Below, one piece after another: positions 1-14,071 of a stretch of 64,000 bases of DNA (positions within the stretch are counted from its first letter, which is position 1; every line of letters starts with the position of its first letter). The position numbers and the translations under genes were made by a program. The notes under the pieces were generated by a model. It made no database searches, had not been told where the DNA came from, and saw nothing but the letters and a program-made list of their open reading frames with translations. Source of the DNA: Cystobasidiomycetes sp. EMM_F5 (taxonomy: Eukaryota); the NCBI GenBank assembly GCA_051047955.1, contig JBPGPT010000001.1, positions 620,001 to 684,000 on the forward strand, in the 5' to 3' direction.

Positions 1-395
1 GTTGTAATCGCCTCGCGGCGTATGTGTAACATCGAGCTCGGCCAATATAGAGTAAACGCGGGCTGTACAACCGTTGCGGCAATCGCAGTCGTATATTAGA
101 TCGAGGAGGAAGTACCCTACCAAACGCAACAGCCTGGCTAGATGTTCTTGTGATGTACCAAATGTAAGCATTTCGATAAAACCGAGACGATCCCGTCCAC
201 TTACTGCTGTGTCGGGCTCTTTCGACAGTGTAAGCAAGTGCTTGAAGCTGCTTTGGCCCTTCGATGCTGATTTCTTTTTAGAGAATTGGGGCAATCACAA
301 TGTACAGCCCTTTGCACGTCAAAGCGAGTGCTGCCACGAGGATGCAAGTCGTGTGTCAGTATGATCTGAATGACCTCCACAGGTAGTTGCAGCAT
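1..395 (-). pseudogene. Probable F-box protein pseudogene (runs off the left edge)
   Basis: ATG 395 gives MLQLPVEVIQIILTHDLHP (F-box start LPxEI). The F-box-like continuation VAALALTCKGLYIVIAPIL*KEISIEGPKQLQAL is in another frame (shift near 338) and has an in-frame TAA at 280-278 where Tyr is expected. Confidence 0.5.
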
Positions 396-524
396 GTCGC
401 GCGTTGGCTATCTTGTCTTTGTTTACATCCGCCAAGTGGTAGTCAGGAAGTAGAGAGATGTCAGAGCGTTTCAGACACTTCCCGACACGCAGCTCAGGCT
501 GTTAGCTTGCAGGCCTGCAGCACA

Positions 525-1805
525 ATGAGCAGCAACGATGGCTCAAGCAGCAGCGGCAACTGCTCGTGCTCAGCAGACACCATGTCTACACCGTTTCTTG
601 GGATCCGAGTACGCAAACCCCTATACGTCACAAGATAATTCACTTCTGACTCCGTCTCCCGCCATTACCGCAGGTGCTTCAATTGCAAGACTTCTTCCAA
701 TCCGCTTCCATTCTGCATCCGCTGGCCATCGGCTCCATTGTCATTATCGTCCTTTTCGTCGCGCTCCGACTTTCCAGTAATAGAAGCATTGCGGTGCATT
801 TTCGAGATTCCCTCATGCTCTAACGTGATCTGACTCCGCATACTTCACTTGTGTCTTCTCTTTCAGCCAATGAATCTCTTTGATTGGCTTGTCAACGTCG
901 CTCTAGGCAGCGTGAATTTTCCTTTCCTAAAGCCAGACTGCATTGCCCTAATAAATTTACTCAGACACTGGCAGGCATCGTAAATGGCAACTCACTCGCC
1001 CGAGGAGTCATAGGTTTGGCGGTCCTGCTATTTTTCCAATGGTTGACGTGCGGGACCGAGCCTGTGTGTGTCGATTCGCCGCTGAATTGCAATCATCGCG
1101 CAGGTCTTATCTGTCAAGCCATAGCGGCCCGAGAGTACGTCATATACTCAATTCTCCTCCCCTTGTCATTATCTTCCGAGGGAGAACTCTAGACAAGGTT
1201 ATGATGAGACACCGTATCTCTATGGTCGACCTGAACGGCGCACTGCGACAAGCCAAGGTCGCCAATGTTAGCGAAGTGGAGGTATGTGTTCTGGGTCAGT
1301 CAACAGTCAAGACTACTATCGATAGAAGGATATCTAACGCTGCTCGTCAGAGCCGACCGGCGCTTTCGTAATCTACAAGACTGTTGATCTGCCAGACAAC
1401 ATGACTCCAGACGTCCTGCTCGCCGTGCCTGCATACAAAGCGCTTGTGGACGAACTCGAGAGCGGCAACGAGAAACGGAAGCGCAATGCGAAAGAATTGA
1501 CGAAGCAAGGTGATGTACCTCGTCTCGGCGCGCGAGATCTATCCCACATACCGCATGGTATGCCCAACGGAAAGCCAGGACAGCACCAAGCTCCTGTAAC
1601 ACCCACGTCTCATTCTTCCACGAGCGCCGACTCAGATTCGGCCCAGACGTTACGCGATGACGCCGGCAAGACGAAAGCTGAAAGAACAAATATCAAGCAA
1701 GCCAAGGAAGAGGAAGCAGCTGAGCGCCGCGAAAACGAAGACGGTCAAGGCGAGTGCGAATTGGGGACGGAAATACAAAACGAAATTGCGCAAAAGCAAT
1801 CTTAG
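525..1805 (+). CDS. DUF421/YetF (UPF0702)-like membrane protein, 6 exons
   Basis: The spliced product has hydrophobic helices (LAIGSIVIIVLFVALRL; PMNLFDWLVNVALGSTLAGIV; GVIGLAVLLFFQWL). These are followed by SPPLVIIFRGRTLDKVMMRHRISMVDLNGALRQAKVANVSEVEVCVLEPTGAFVIYK, matching the YetF C-terminal pattern. Five GT-AG introns. Confidence 0.75.
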
Positions 1806-2152
1806 CTGACTGCCCTCAACAAGATCACAACTAATGTTAGCTTCAATCCTTGTAGCATGCATCCCGGACACTCAACGTGTATGTAGAGCAATCGTCAACA
1901 CTGAAACCTGCGTGTAGTACCGATAGTCTCGGGAGAACCAACATGGCATGCTTGAATCGCAAAGGTTTGATTCTGTGCCCGTCTTCGTCAGTGTTGGCGC
2001 TTCGTAAATGCCCTACTATATACAGAGATTACCCGTGTTTATCGTCTAATGCCCAGTGTCCGTGTTCTATTCCCCTGATCGTGTATCGCGTGAGAGTTCT
2101 GATTCTACATTACCACTTTCGCTTGACATTGCAAGCTCAAGCAAGATCTTGT

Positions 2153-4566
2153 CTAAGGCCTGCCACCTGAACTTCTTCTTCGTCCCTGAGATGCAGTCGA
2201 AGGTGGTTGTGGATGTCGCGACATGTGGCTAAGTCTGGCCACATCTCGACTTGAAAGACCTGATGTGAGGCCGTCAAACAAGTCGTCTGTAACGCTTGTA
2301 TACCTAGGCAGTGTCGTAGCGTGGCTATTCAATGACGAAGTGCCGGGCAAGTCCGGAAGTCCGTGTATGCTGCTAGATGGACTTCTCTGCATGCCGGCAG
2401 CTCCCGCAGGCAAGTCGTAGCGTGTTGCTGCGTCAAAAGCAGGGTAGCTGCCCGACATTCGAGGTGAAAGCGGTGGACTTCGTGCCGTGTCGCCCTCCAT
2501 GCTTGCGCCCGATGGACGAGGTACGCTCTGAGCGGACTGAGCCTGCGCGAACGTGCCTACGTGAGAAGCGAGCGGAGGAGATATTGGGGCCGGCTGAGGT
2601 GGTGGAGAGGCAAAGGAGGCGCGAATAGGCTCAGCCCGTGTCTCCTGCCGAGGAGGCTGGTACAATTCATAGTGCTGCTGTGGCTGCATCTGCAGTTGCG
2701 AAGGATCCTGCTGATTTTGTCCGACGTTGGAAGGGCGTGACAAAGCAGTACTGTCTGGTTTTGGCGGCAGGCTCGGGGATGCCATTTGTGGGTTTGAACT
2801 AGATCGTGGTGGAGGCATATCTGGTACGATATCCTGCAGCGTTTGCGGTGGTCTGGAAGGCCCAGGCTGCGATGGATACTGATTGTACGGCTGCGCCTGA
2901 GGGTGGTAGTTGTATCCAGTCTGTCTGCCCGGTTGACTGTTGTAGCTGCTATCACGCAGGTATGGCAACGAAGCAGACGCCGTAGTGGAAGCAGACGTTG
3001 TGTGTTGCATCATTTCGCTTTGCTGACTTTGGCCTGCGATAGGCGAGGTGGGTGCAGACGACCTGCTTCGAGCGATAGCATGCGTAGATTGCAGCGTGGG
3101 CAGCTGAGAATCGCGTCTGGCTCTCTGCTCCGCAGTGAGCACTGTATCAGGTGAGACGCCTCCGCTAATCATCTTTTGTCGTTCTCGCCAAGTCTTCTGG
3201 TCAAGGGGTTTGCCATCCGGGCCCATTGGTGGCATGGGACTAGCATAGCCTGCTCCTCGACCGAGTTGTTCCTCCTCTATCGATCGTACAGAACTATTCC
3301 TTGATAGACTTGGCCCAGCAGTAGCGCGCCTTTCATCTTCGACAATCTGTTGAAGCCGAGGTTGACTAGACGCTGCTGCGCCCAGCCCATGCGAGGAGTA
3401 GGCTGACCCCATTGCGTTCCTTACAGGTGACGAAGGTCCTCTATATCCAAGCGGTTGCGGTATTTGTAGATGAGCACGCGATCCTGGGTGAGAAGGTGAA
3501 CCCCTGGCTGCAAAAGCGCCTGCAGCGACACCGCCAGCAGCAAGAGCAGCACCTCCAGCGGCGGCGGCGACACCAGTTCCATCGTGACTGTAGGCTGGGT
3601 ATGGCGCACCGCTCTCCGCGCCTGTCTGTCCAGCATACATTGCACCGTTGCCTGCGTATGCACCGCCTGGACTGTAGCCCGTATTTGCGAGAACGCCATG
3701 CTGGGACATTTGTGGTGCGCTGTTGGCGTATGGTACGGCTGCTGTCGCTGTCGCAGCTGCTGCGTTGCCGACTCCGCTACCACTCAATTGTTGTTCGTAT
3801 GACGGTTTCACGACAAATCCATCGGGGTCATCGTTCACGGGCGCGCCTACGCCAAAGCGGCGAGTACGCCTGTTTGCACCGCGGCAGCACCATAGATATG
3901 ACAGGATCCCGAGAATGATGCCTGCTGCAACGCCGCCGATAGCGATACCGGCGATAGCTCCAGTGCTCAGGGAGGACGACGAGCTGCTGTTGGCGTTAAT
4001 GTCGGACAGACTGCTGCCTGCGGCTGCTGTGGATGATGTGCTGCTAGTCGTGCTACTGCTCGGATTGAGTGTGGTCGACGACAGTCTGGAGGAGGTCGTT
4101 GTCCGGGATGTCGTCGAAGTCGAAGTCCTCGAGGAAGTGGAAGAAGACGAGCTTGTCGAAGAAGATGTGGACGTCGTCGACACGACAACGGGAGTGGAGA
4201 GCGCCGATGAAGACGTCGATGGCAGCACAGTCGTATACGGCGTGCTCGTCAAGATTGTGGTCAAACGAGGAGCGAATCGCGTCGACACTGACGTCGAAGT
4301 GCTGATTTCGAAAGATATCAGCTATTTATCGCGACTTGGCTGATATGATCCGCTTACACCATTGAGAACCTGACATTCTGAACAGTGATTGTTCCCAATC
4401 TCGGATCCCCCTGCGTCGTGGTGACTGTGACAGGAAGTACGGACTGCAGAGTGTACGTCCGCAAGACGGTATCTGTGACCGTTGCGACTATATTGACGTT
4501 GCTGTATAGGGTCGATGTCGCTCCCGTCCCGGCTCCGGGAGGAGCAGCGGGGCCTACCCCAGCCAT
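2153..4566 (-). CDS. Single-pass Ser/Thr-rich membrane protein (Mid2/SKG6-like), 2 exons
   Basis: Ser/Thr-rich ectodomain, TM segment GAIAGIAIGGVAAGIILGILSYLWCC, and a long Pro/Gln-rich cytoplasmic tail with LPRY. The upstream exon from ATG 4566 joins through a short intron. Confidence 0.7.
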
Positions 4567-5629
4567 GCTGGCCGGCGGTAGCGCAGTCGCCTAATGAAAC
4601 AGCTCTCGATGAATACTGATGTCCTTTACAGGTGGGTATCGATTGAAAAGCAGCGAAGGAGCTGACTTCTTCCCCACCCCTGCTTCTTTCCCGTGTACGA
4701 TATCTAGTCTAAGCGCTCGGTACCTGATCAGCTGAAAAGCAGTCGGCCAGCAGGATGGTCAAAAGCAGTGGTGGATGTAAAGCCACAGTATCTGGTCGTC
4801 TTCCAACATCACCGCCGTACGGCATCTCTCTTCCAAGTCCCTCAAATTGTCCATATGGCTTAAGACGCGCTCTAGGCTGGACTCTGACCGGGGAGGCTGG
4901 TCGCACAGCCTCACTCGGGTCGCGGATTCCGACATAAAGTGTGCACTTTATCGCGACATGCTGTATACGCGGACGCTCGTAGGGGAGATACATAGCTGGC
5001 AAGGACGCCGTTTAAAATGCTTTAAGAGCAAGCGCTCTTTATGTTGGGTGCTGGAATAATACGATGAGGGATGATGAGAATCTAAAAGCAACCCTACAAC
5101 CTGCTTCAAAGCTCATTACGCGACTCCTGCTCCTATTGCAATCATACGCCTGAGCTGGAGCTCGCGAATCAATGCCAGACGAGCCTGCTGTATGTGCGTC
5201 CTAGCCATAGGATTACCGTCCTGTGACCGTTGCGGGACACTCCTTCAAACCCGCCACTCGGTTCGAGGCTTCGGTTCGTACTCGAGAGTCTGCGACCTGT
5301 CATCATAGATTTTTATCCACGCCCCGACTGGCGGTATAGAGCAGTGAAGCCTGCAGCTTCGTCCCGTCTGTGACTTAGAACTCTGTCAAATCTGTGCATG
5401 CTCCCGAATCAGTACAGGAGACCTGTCTCGCATCTATGACGTCCTGACCATCCAGGACCGCCGTCTTGTCAATCGCGATACGTATTCAACGAGGCATAAT
5501 TTGAGCACTCTGGCATATCATTGTCTCATTTCTATCCAGTCTACGCAAACTTCTTACGTGTCTCGTCTACCGCGCGCATCAGCATTTCGCAATCATTAGA
5601 ACCTCCAAAGCGTCGCAAAATAACGCGAG

Positions 5630-7974
5630 ATGAGCGGATCAGCCTCTTCAGCCTCGGTCAACGCGTCTACCCTTGCAGATAATGGCACAACCACCATGCA
5701 TGCAGTCGAAACCGCACAGAGAACGGCCGGCATGGCTAAAGACACCGACGTCGAAAAGCGAGGAAGTGATAGCAACAACAACATCAAGCTTAATACAGGC
5801 GGTATAGACAGCATACATCGTACGCGACACCGAAAATATACTGTTCCAGGCGATGACCGTGGTCGAGATGCCGATGGCTTGGATACAGCAGTTTCAAGTC
5901 GCCAATCAAGCACGCTTCACCAGCCTGCTACCAAGCTCTATGTGGACCCCTCCCGGTACGGTACACCATGGTCACAGCGTTCTTACCTGTACCAGTTCAA
6001 GCCTTTTCGAGGCATGTACTACGATGTCAAAGGTAGACTGCCATTCTACATTTCGGACTGGACCGAAGGATTTCGACCTAGAAATATGTACAGAGTCATT
6101 GCAGCGACCATCAGAATGTACTTCATCAAGTGGGTAGCTGCCACTATCCAACTTTACGTCCAGCTGTTCTGATGCACATCTACGCTTGCTTCGCGCAGCC
6201 TGTTACCAGCTATTGGTGAGAATCTGGAATTTGAGACAGAATATCAAGCACTGGCTGACGTTGTGATCTATAATAGCATACGTTCTTGACATGAACTACA
6301 GAACCGACGGCAATTACGGCATTAACGAGGTCATTTTAGCTTCAGCACTCGCCGCAATCGTGTTTCCCGTCTTCTCCGTCCAGCCTCTGACCATTGTCGG
6401 CGTGACTGGACTTATCAATCTATTTAATTATACCGACTTTGATATAGTCAGCCGATATGGTGTCGACTACTTACAATTCCAAGCTTGGATGCTAATGTAA
6501 GTTGCGCACAGCATTTGCTAGGCTGTCTGCAACACCCTGACTGCTTCTTGACAGCTGGGCCGCTGTTATACATTTCCTATTCGCAATCTTCAACATCTCC
6601 GACTACACTCGATTCATTACAGACATGACGTCCGAAACCTTTGGCTTCTACGTTGGGATAGTCTATATTCAAAAGGGGATCGAGCTGCTGATTTTGGAAT
6701 TCCCGCATTCCGAAGCTGGAGGTTGGCTAGCAGTCACCGTTGCTATACTTTTTTCGCTGGTTGTATACTTTGCACAACGAGCAGGATCCATGCCATTCGG
6801 TCCGTTTTGGCTGCGCAAGTTCCTTTCGGATTATGCGTTCGCGCTGGCCGCGGTCTTCTTCACTGGATTCACGCATATCCCGGGCTATATTCAGGCAGCG
6901 AATCTAGAATATTTGCCTATAACAAGGGCCTTCTTCCCCAGTACGCCTCGGAATTGGGTCATATCGTTCTGGGAGCTTGAGATCAAGTGGATATTCGTTG
7001 CGCTACCTTTCGGTTTTCTGCTCACGCTTCTCTTCTACTTCGATCACAACGTCTCTGCTCTAATGGCGCAAGCTCGCCAATATCCAGTAAAGCGACCAGC
7101 AGGCTTTCACTGGGATTTCTTCCTTTTGGGCATCACTACACTCGTATCTGGGATCCTCGGGCTGCCTGCTCCGAATGGACTAGTACCGCAAGCTCCTGTC
7201 AACTCCGAGTCCCTATCGGTCGTTAATCGCATAGATGTCGACATCGAAGACAAAGAAGGCGTGGTGGAATACCGAGACTATGCAGAGTGGAAGAAACACG
7301 CAGAGAAGGATCGCAAATTTGTCGAACACAAGGTTGTTCGTACTGCTCTTGTCGAGCAGCGCGTGTCGCATCTTGCTATCGGCTTGCTCACACTTGGAAC
7401 TATGAGCGGCCCACTGCTAGTCTGCCTTGGACTGATGCCGCGCGCTCTGTTTGCTGGCGTTTTCCTGGTCGTTGGGTGGGGCTCCATTGAAGGCAACGGC
7501 ATCACGCACAAGACACTCTTTCTCCTGCGCGACAGGCGCATGATACCTCGCGAACATATATTGCGGTATGTGTCGCGCCGCAAGATATTCCTCTTTGTCG
7601 TCATACAATGGGTCGTTTTCGCCATGACCTTCGCAATCTCGCAGACTATAGCCGCAATCGGCTTTCCCGTAATCATCACCCTCCTCATTCCCTTCCGCTA
7701 CTATTTCGGGCCAAGATGGTTTACACCAGCCGAATTGGCAATATTAGATGCTCCCACGGCCAACAGTAATGCGGTCATGGTGTCTATCGGTTCAGATTTA
7801 GCTCGAGTAACGGGCGATGGCCTGGAAGTGGCCCCGGATACAGGTATCGCGGGAAGCAAAGCCCGTGCTCCCGGCGGTACTAAAGAAGCCGACCGTCTTG
7901 CTGCCTGGCGTGTTAGGTCACGCGACGAGGAGGATGATGCGCACATACAAAACCTTACCAGCATACGTAGATAG
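5630..7974 (+). CDS. BOR1: Borate/HCO3- anion exchanger (SLC4 family)
   Basis: Motifs GMYYDVKGRLPFYISDW, VQPLTIVGVTG, TSETFGFYVGIVYIQKG, LFYFDHNVS, GFHWDFFLLG, PAPNGLVPQAP and VEQRVSH. Multi-exon, including a very short exon near 6200. Confidence 0.93.
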
Positions 7975-8119
7975 CTTGCACGCCATACAATTCCCTAGAT
8001 TCACGAGAAGCAGTGTAGCATACATTCCGCAAATCAGTCAGGCGCGCGTGCTAAGTAGTAATAAGCATGATTGTCTTTAACCCTTCATGCATGCCATTAT
8101 GTCATGTGCCCTAACGACA

Positions 8120-9498
8120 ATGTCAGACATCGACATCAAGCGGAGATTGAACGCTGCTACGTCCAATAGGAAAGCTACTCACTTACAAGCAGAACAAACG
8201 TCATCGCTGCCAACCAAGCCTGCTTATTCAGACATCGCTGGCGAAGGGTGGCGCAGGAGCAACATCCACATTCATACAGGTGGGCTTGCAGCAGCAAAGA
8301 TAGCAGGGCAGTCCGGCTCAATCTCTGAGCAGGCTTCCACCCGCTGACTAGATCTTGGGCAAAGAGCTGGGGAACGCTGCTGGGACGCCCACACAATGAG
8401 ACTGTAAACATCATAACACATCTGGCAGGCGCAATAGTCGTTGCCTATTTCTTCATATACTCTTACCGTCACTTGGCTCTGCCAGATTGGTTTGGCGTTC
8501 ACCCATTGCGTACAAACGAGATCAATCGGCTTGCGCTCGTTTACCCATTTCCCCGCCCTAACGAATCCGTGTCCCTAATGGATGCTTGGGCGTTTTCAAG
8601 TTTCTATGTGGCAGCGATTCTCTGTTTCGGCTGTTCTGCAACTTTTCATACGAGTTTGTGCCATTCCCAGGTAAGTGCAGTACAATACGAGTACAGCAAG
8701 TACAGCGAAATCACGCAGCTGAGAATGCTTTCTTTACAACAGGCAGTGGCCGAGGCTTACAACAAGCTGGATTATGTTGGAATCGGTGCCTTCCATCCGT
8801 GTTATGCCCGTAGCGTCACTTCTGACTAGACTGGCATCAGTTTTTCTGATTACAGGAACATACTATCCGGCCTTATATTACGGCTTCTACGGCCAACCTG
8901 TGTATCAGATAGTATACATTGCCGGAGTGACCATGTTTGGCGCGCGTGAGCTATGTCGGTTGGCCTCAGTATACGTCGGGCTAACACACTCCGTCAGTAA
9001 CGGCCTATTTTGTCTTGTCTACTGGAGCCCACCGTCGGCTGCGTACTTGGCTCTTCATAGGTCTTGGCCTGTCAGGTGTGATCCCTATCATTCAGCAGGT
9101 CGCCAGTCTCGGGGTAGGTAGACGGCACAGCGTAATAAGCCGCATATCTGACGATTGCTACAAGCTGGAAGGTGCAGATAAAGCTATTGGCTTACGATGG
9201 CTCGCAATCGGAGGCGCTTTCTATGTATGCCCGTATGACGAAACAATGCTTCAAACTGACCTTGTGGGTTTCGCTTTGCAGATCGTGGGAGCGCTGATGT
9301 AGTGAGGTGGTCTGCCTTCTTATGATTTTCGAAGGCTCATCCCTTTCCAGCGCAGAACATGTACCGGAACGCTTCGCACCTGGCCGCTTTGACATATACG
9401 GCAACTCTCATCAAATTTTTCACGTCGCATGCCTTGCGGCAGCGACCTTTCACTACGTAGCGCTATGCCGAGCTTTTCATTATCATCACTACTCGTGA
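8120..9498 (+). CDS. PAQR / hemolysin-III family membrane protein (IZH-like)
   Basis: The spliced exons give HNETVNIITHL, SATFHTSLCHS, KLDYVGI and VPERFAPGRFDIYGNSHQIFH, which are the PAQR zinc-binding motifs. Confidence 0.9.
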
Positions 9499-9565
9499 TC
9501 ATCATTATCTGTACGTGATTGGCGTGACGCTAGCTTTATGAACGACTTTATGAACGACTTCACGG

Positions 9566-12500
9566 CTAATGAGGTGAAACATGTATACATAGAGGCAAGA
9601 AGGGTGCATTGCCCGAGGTGGGGAGGCCGTCCTCCGGCCCGCTTGTATCGGTACATGTACTACTCCTGGCATATACTGGCAATTCTTTGAAGCGGGGCGG
9701 AAGATGGTCTTCGTCGCCGGGCTCCGCGTCACGCCGTCTTGCTAGCTCTTCAGACGGAGAATCCAGATACTGGTTGGCGTGGAACCTTGGCAGATTGAGA
9801 ATCCCAGAATTGCCAACAGGTACGATTGTGTACGTCGCCAAGAGCCGCAGGACTTCAGCACTAGGTTGGGCCGCATACGGAAGTACCGTAAGCTGATCAG
9901 TCTTGCGCAGCCCGGAGTAGACGAAGTTGTCGCTGGCAGCTTCTATATAGAAAGAAAGTCGGAGCGGCAAACGTTTTGCGGCTGCTTCGCCGTCCGATAG
10001 ATTCGCCGGAGGTATCACATAGTAATATGAAGCAGTGAATGGTCGGTGCAGTACAGCTCGGCTGGGTGCATCTGCGATAATGTACGGCTCCAGATTTCCA
10101 GAGGTGTCACAGAAGTGCAGAGGCTTGTTTAAAGCGCTTATTGGTATTGAGGTCATCGTAAGGGACTCAATTGTAGACGTCGCCCTGCTGTAAGACTTCA
10201 GCTTTGAACCGGACCTGGCGAACAACACTACGAACGGGCGTCGCCATGATATGTCCAGCAGTAAGCTAGCTGCGTGGGCGAAGTCGAATTCTGAAGACAT
10301 TTCCACGTCGTAAATCATGGTGAAGGGGTCCTCCGGTTCAAAAGCTAACGCAATTACACGTCAATAAGCTGAACGGCGCTTCCAACGATAAAAAAAATCA
10401 GCTCACTATCTGGAAGTTGACCATCGCCAGGGTTGACAGTACTTGAAGTTATGCGAATGTCGTCTTGCCCCGACTGAATGACATAGCTGATCAGCCGCAT
10501 TTTCGACAACGTTCGACCTGACTGACTTCTGTTCGCATTCGTACAGAGACCACCTCGACATTGGTTGGTCCGAGAGCACCCCAAATTATATCTAATTTTG
10601 CTCGTGTAGGATAGCTCCACTTGTCCAGTTTGTGGACATCTGCAGGATCTTTTCGAAGCGGGACCGCATCGGGCAAAGAAGACGCATTGCAACGCCTCCA
10701 GCGTGTTTTGTAGTCACAAAAGAAGGGATGGGTGACGTCAAGCGTTAGATGAGTACTGATCTCCGTTACAGAGACATCCGTCTGTTCGGGCGAAAGTGGC
10801 TGAAAAATAGCCGATAGATCGATGTGACGCGCACCAGGTACGGCACGACTGACGAAGAAGAGAATGGTGGTTCTGCTGTCTCCTGGTTGCAGAGCGCTAG
10901 ATAACTCGGCACTGGAGATACTTGCAGCTCGGTCAGCTTGACCATCCAGCTGAAGAAAGTCTGTGACGCTACTGGAAGTCGATGCTTCGGCAATCGGATG
11001 TAGCAACGCGTCGAGCGAGACTTTTACTGGCACATCGTCGTCATTTGTTACCGTGAGCGGTATAGCGAAACGCTCGTTGAGATACGTCTGTTGAGCGGTG
11101 CCAGCCGTAAAGGTGACTCGCAGCTTGCGGGGCTCAAATCTAGGCAAACGCCTCAGCATGTGGCTCGATGACTCCTGCGACTGACGACCTACCGACACGT
11201 GCTTGCAGCTGCAGTAGCATCGAACACAAACGGCTCTATGGTCTCAATGGTCGAGTACCACACCGGCTTCTGAGTAAGATCAGGCAGAAGATGAAAGCAA
11301 AATCTGGACGCAGATATACGCGCATGAAAGTCAAGATGCTCGATCTGAGTCACGACCGTACTTTAGCAATTCAGAATAAGGGTGAGTTGCTGACGTGACT
11401 AACCTTTAGCAATTGAGGCGTACCGCAGCTCATCGTTCCCTGGAGGACCAAGCATCCGCTAGAGAAGCGGAGATTTTTCACCTCGCGAGACTGCGTGCTT
11501 GCATTGCAAGCGCCGAGATCGTAACGACCGGTGGTAGCTCTCAAGTTTTCACCATCACAGTGATTGATGGTAATTTGGCGTAAATCGCTGAAGACGGCAT
11601 GTATTGAAAGCGGTTCGACAATCAAATCCTCGGCTTCTAACATTTGAGAGTATAGCTGTATTTGAAAAGGTATTTGGGACTGTAGATCCGCCTGAGGGCG
11701 CCAGAATACACAGCAGCATGACAAAGGGAGAGACCGCTGATCGGATCTTAGCACAATCTCGTTTGTCGGCCCTGTTGCGTCAGGAGCACCTGTGGCCTCC
11801 GACAGCATCTGCCGAAATCGCGGTGTCCGACTGCGCTGGCCTCGAGGTTCAAGCCCTCGCAGCGTAATCCGCTCGATGAGGCTAGCGATAGCAAGCGTTT
11901 TATTCAACTTGCTTGAAGAAACATTGTCATCGTGACCATTTGTCGTTGCCTTCAGAAGGGCTGATTGTCCGCTCCTGGACAGGATGCAGTCTAGTACAGT
12001 CGACCAGCGCTCCTTGCGGTACGTCTTCTCAATTCGCTCGTCGAATTTGATGGACGTTTCGTGGTTACTCGTAGATGAGTGTAAGTCGGAGATGAGATAT
12101 GCAAGATAGAGGGTGATGCGGGTAGACCGTTCGCGTTTGAAGTAGTCGTAGGCCTTCGTGAACAACTCTATGATCTGGTCCGCATGAGAGACGCTACCTT
12201 CATGACGCAAGGCAGCTGGCATCTCTGCCGATGCGCTGCCTTCGATTTTGCTGGCCGCATTTCGATAACAATCGCGCCGTCGCATAGCACATAACCCTGC
12301 AATATAGTAATAGTAACCAGGATGCTGCATACAGTTCGCAGGAGAATGCGAAAGCTGTCGTGTGTGCGATCCAGGCAATGGCGGTATTCCGGGCGGTGCT
12401 GGCAATTCGTAGCCATGCCTAACTGCCATCTCAACTAAATCTGCCAACATGCGATGTCTACGTGGATAACATTTAGCATCATTGACGGTCGGGTATGATG

Positions 12501-14071
12501 CGCGACTCACTGCTTCGATGCCCAACTCCAGTACTCAAAACTATCATTATTCATTTCCCAATATCGCTCAGACAGCCTCTGAAATCGCTGCAGGTGCTGA
12601 TGATACTGCCGCAAAGCAAGGACACTGTTTTTGGAATAGAAGTAAAGCTTGCATATCTTTATGGAAATACAATCCGCCAATACTCTAGCTTCGGCCCATC
12701 GTTTTGAGCGCGCACGGAGCTGAGGCGCGCCCGTTATCAGAAGTGCGCCAGAGTGTGCTGGAGCAGACTCAATGTCGGTATATGAGCATATGAAGAGCTC
12801 TATCAAAGCGGTGTAGCAATCTTCATATGCCTTCAAGGCGACCTCGAGTTCCGCACGAAATTCGGCAAAGACTGCCGCCTTATATTCGTACCGAACATTT
12901 AGCGCTTGTATGCTAAGTAGTCTCCTATCAGCCGCCGCGCCTGCCTTGCTGCCGTTCGCTTCTTCAGTGCTGGGCAGTATCTGTGAACCCAGAAGGTTGG
13001 TCGATGCTGGCCTGGATCTCTTCCGCCTCAGACGTCTTCCATGTTCTCGATAATAGTCAATACTGGATTCGGTCAGTTCCGCTTGGAGGGAGTTGACAAA
13101 ATTCTGGACCTCCTGCATTGCGACTGGTGACAGGACAAAGAGCGAGGCTCGCGAGTCCAGCGTGGACAGTCGTCTGATGTAAGATAAACGAGCGTCAAGA
13201 GTAGTTTCCTCTGAGGTGTGAATAGATGTGAGTGTTGTCGTGGGTTTTGAGGCGTATCAAGAGTGCTCTCACCCAACATCTTGCGAGACGTCAATAGTAC
13301 AACTGCAAGTTTTATTCCTCGTTCAGAGCAGGTACGTTTACGGTTGAGTACCTCGTTGACTAGCTCATTATCTCGCATACGCTCCAGCTTCTCCTTTTCT
13401 AGAGGACCCATATCCAGCTCCTCTTGCTTTGGTTCGTTGATATCGTTACGAGCCTGTCCAAACTCGTACAAGCGCAACACCAGCACAAACACGCTCGGTA
13501 TGAGTTCGCGATGCTTGCGTAGCCAGATTGGAGCCATGATACCGTCGGGATGGAGCGGCGAAGTGGGCGTGAAGGGTGATATTGGCGAGTGTGGGCCGAC
13601 CGAGCCGCTTTGCGTACGAACTTTCCTGGGCGGAAACCTGACAGCCTATTCGAGAGTGTCATATTCTTCCTCAGCTTGTTCTGTTTGTACAGGTGCTCGT
13701 TGTGTATAACGTACCTTGTCTACGAGAATTACATGGAATTCTGCTGCCTTGCCGGGAGTCGCTGAAAGAGATGTCGCAGCGGCAGTATCATATATCCTGA
13801 GGCTCCGCTGTGCCGTAAAGCCATTCCTGAGTGACTGTATGAGCGTCGCATACGGTGAGACTGCATTTTGGACATGTTCTTTCGCCGGCTGCTCAGTTCC
13901 AGCAGTCAGAGCATTTCCCACAGCAGACGCAGTGCTGTCACTCGAGGTGTCGTGCGGAGATTGCACCGATGCAGCTTGTGCTGACGATTGAGCCTGCTGC
14001 TCTGGACCGAGCCCGGCAACAAACATCAGAGGACGCAAATGAGCGACAAACTCGGCTGGAACGGTCTGCAT
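9566..14071 (-). CDS. TRAPPC11: TRAPP III subunit TRAPPC11 (foie gras/Gryzun domain)
   Basis: N-terminus MQTVPAEFVAHLRPLMFVAGL, then SPLHPDGIMAPIWLRKH, RYEYKAAVFAEFR, RWAEARVLADCISIKICKLY, FEYWSW and HPGYYYY. Multi-exon. Confidence 0.88.

Noticed and set aside
3412..4343. Plus-strand ORFs of 168 and 206 aa
   Set aside because: They are antisense to the Ser/Thr-rich membrane protein gene and show no independent coding signal.
9290..9360. Possible second microexon in the PAQR gene
   Set aside because: The donor at ATGTA|GTGAGG already restores GALMYAEHVPER, so no extra exon is needed.
9535..9560. 12-nt tandem duplication (TTTATGAACGAC x2) between the convergent PAQR and TRAPPC11 ends
   Set aside because: Only two copies, most simply a slippage duplication. 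It is not CRISPR-like or a target-site duplication around an element.
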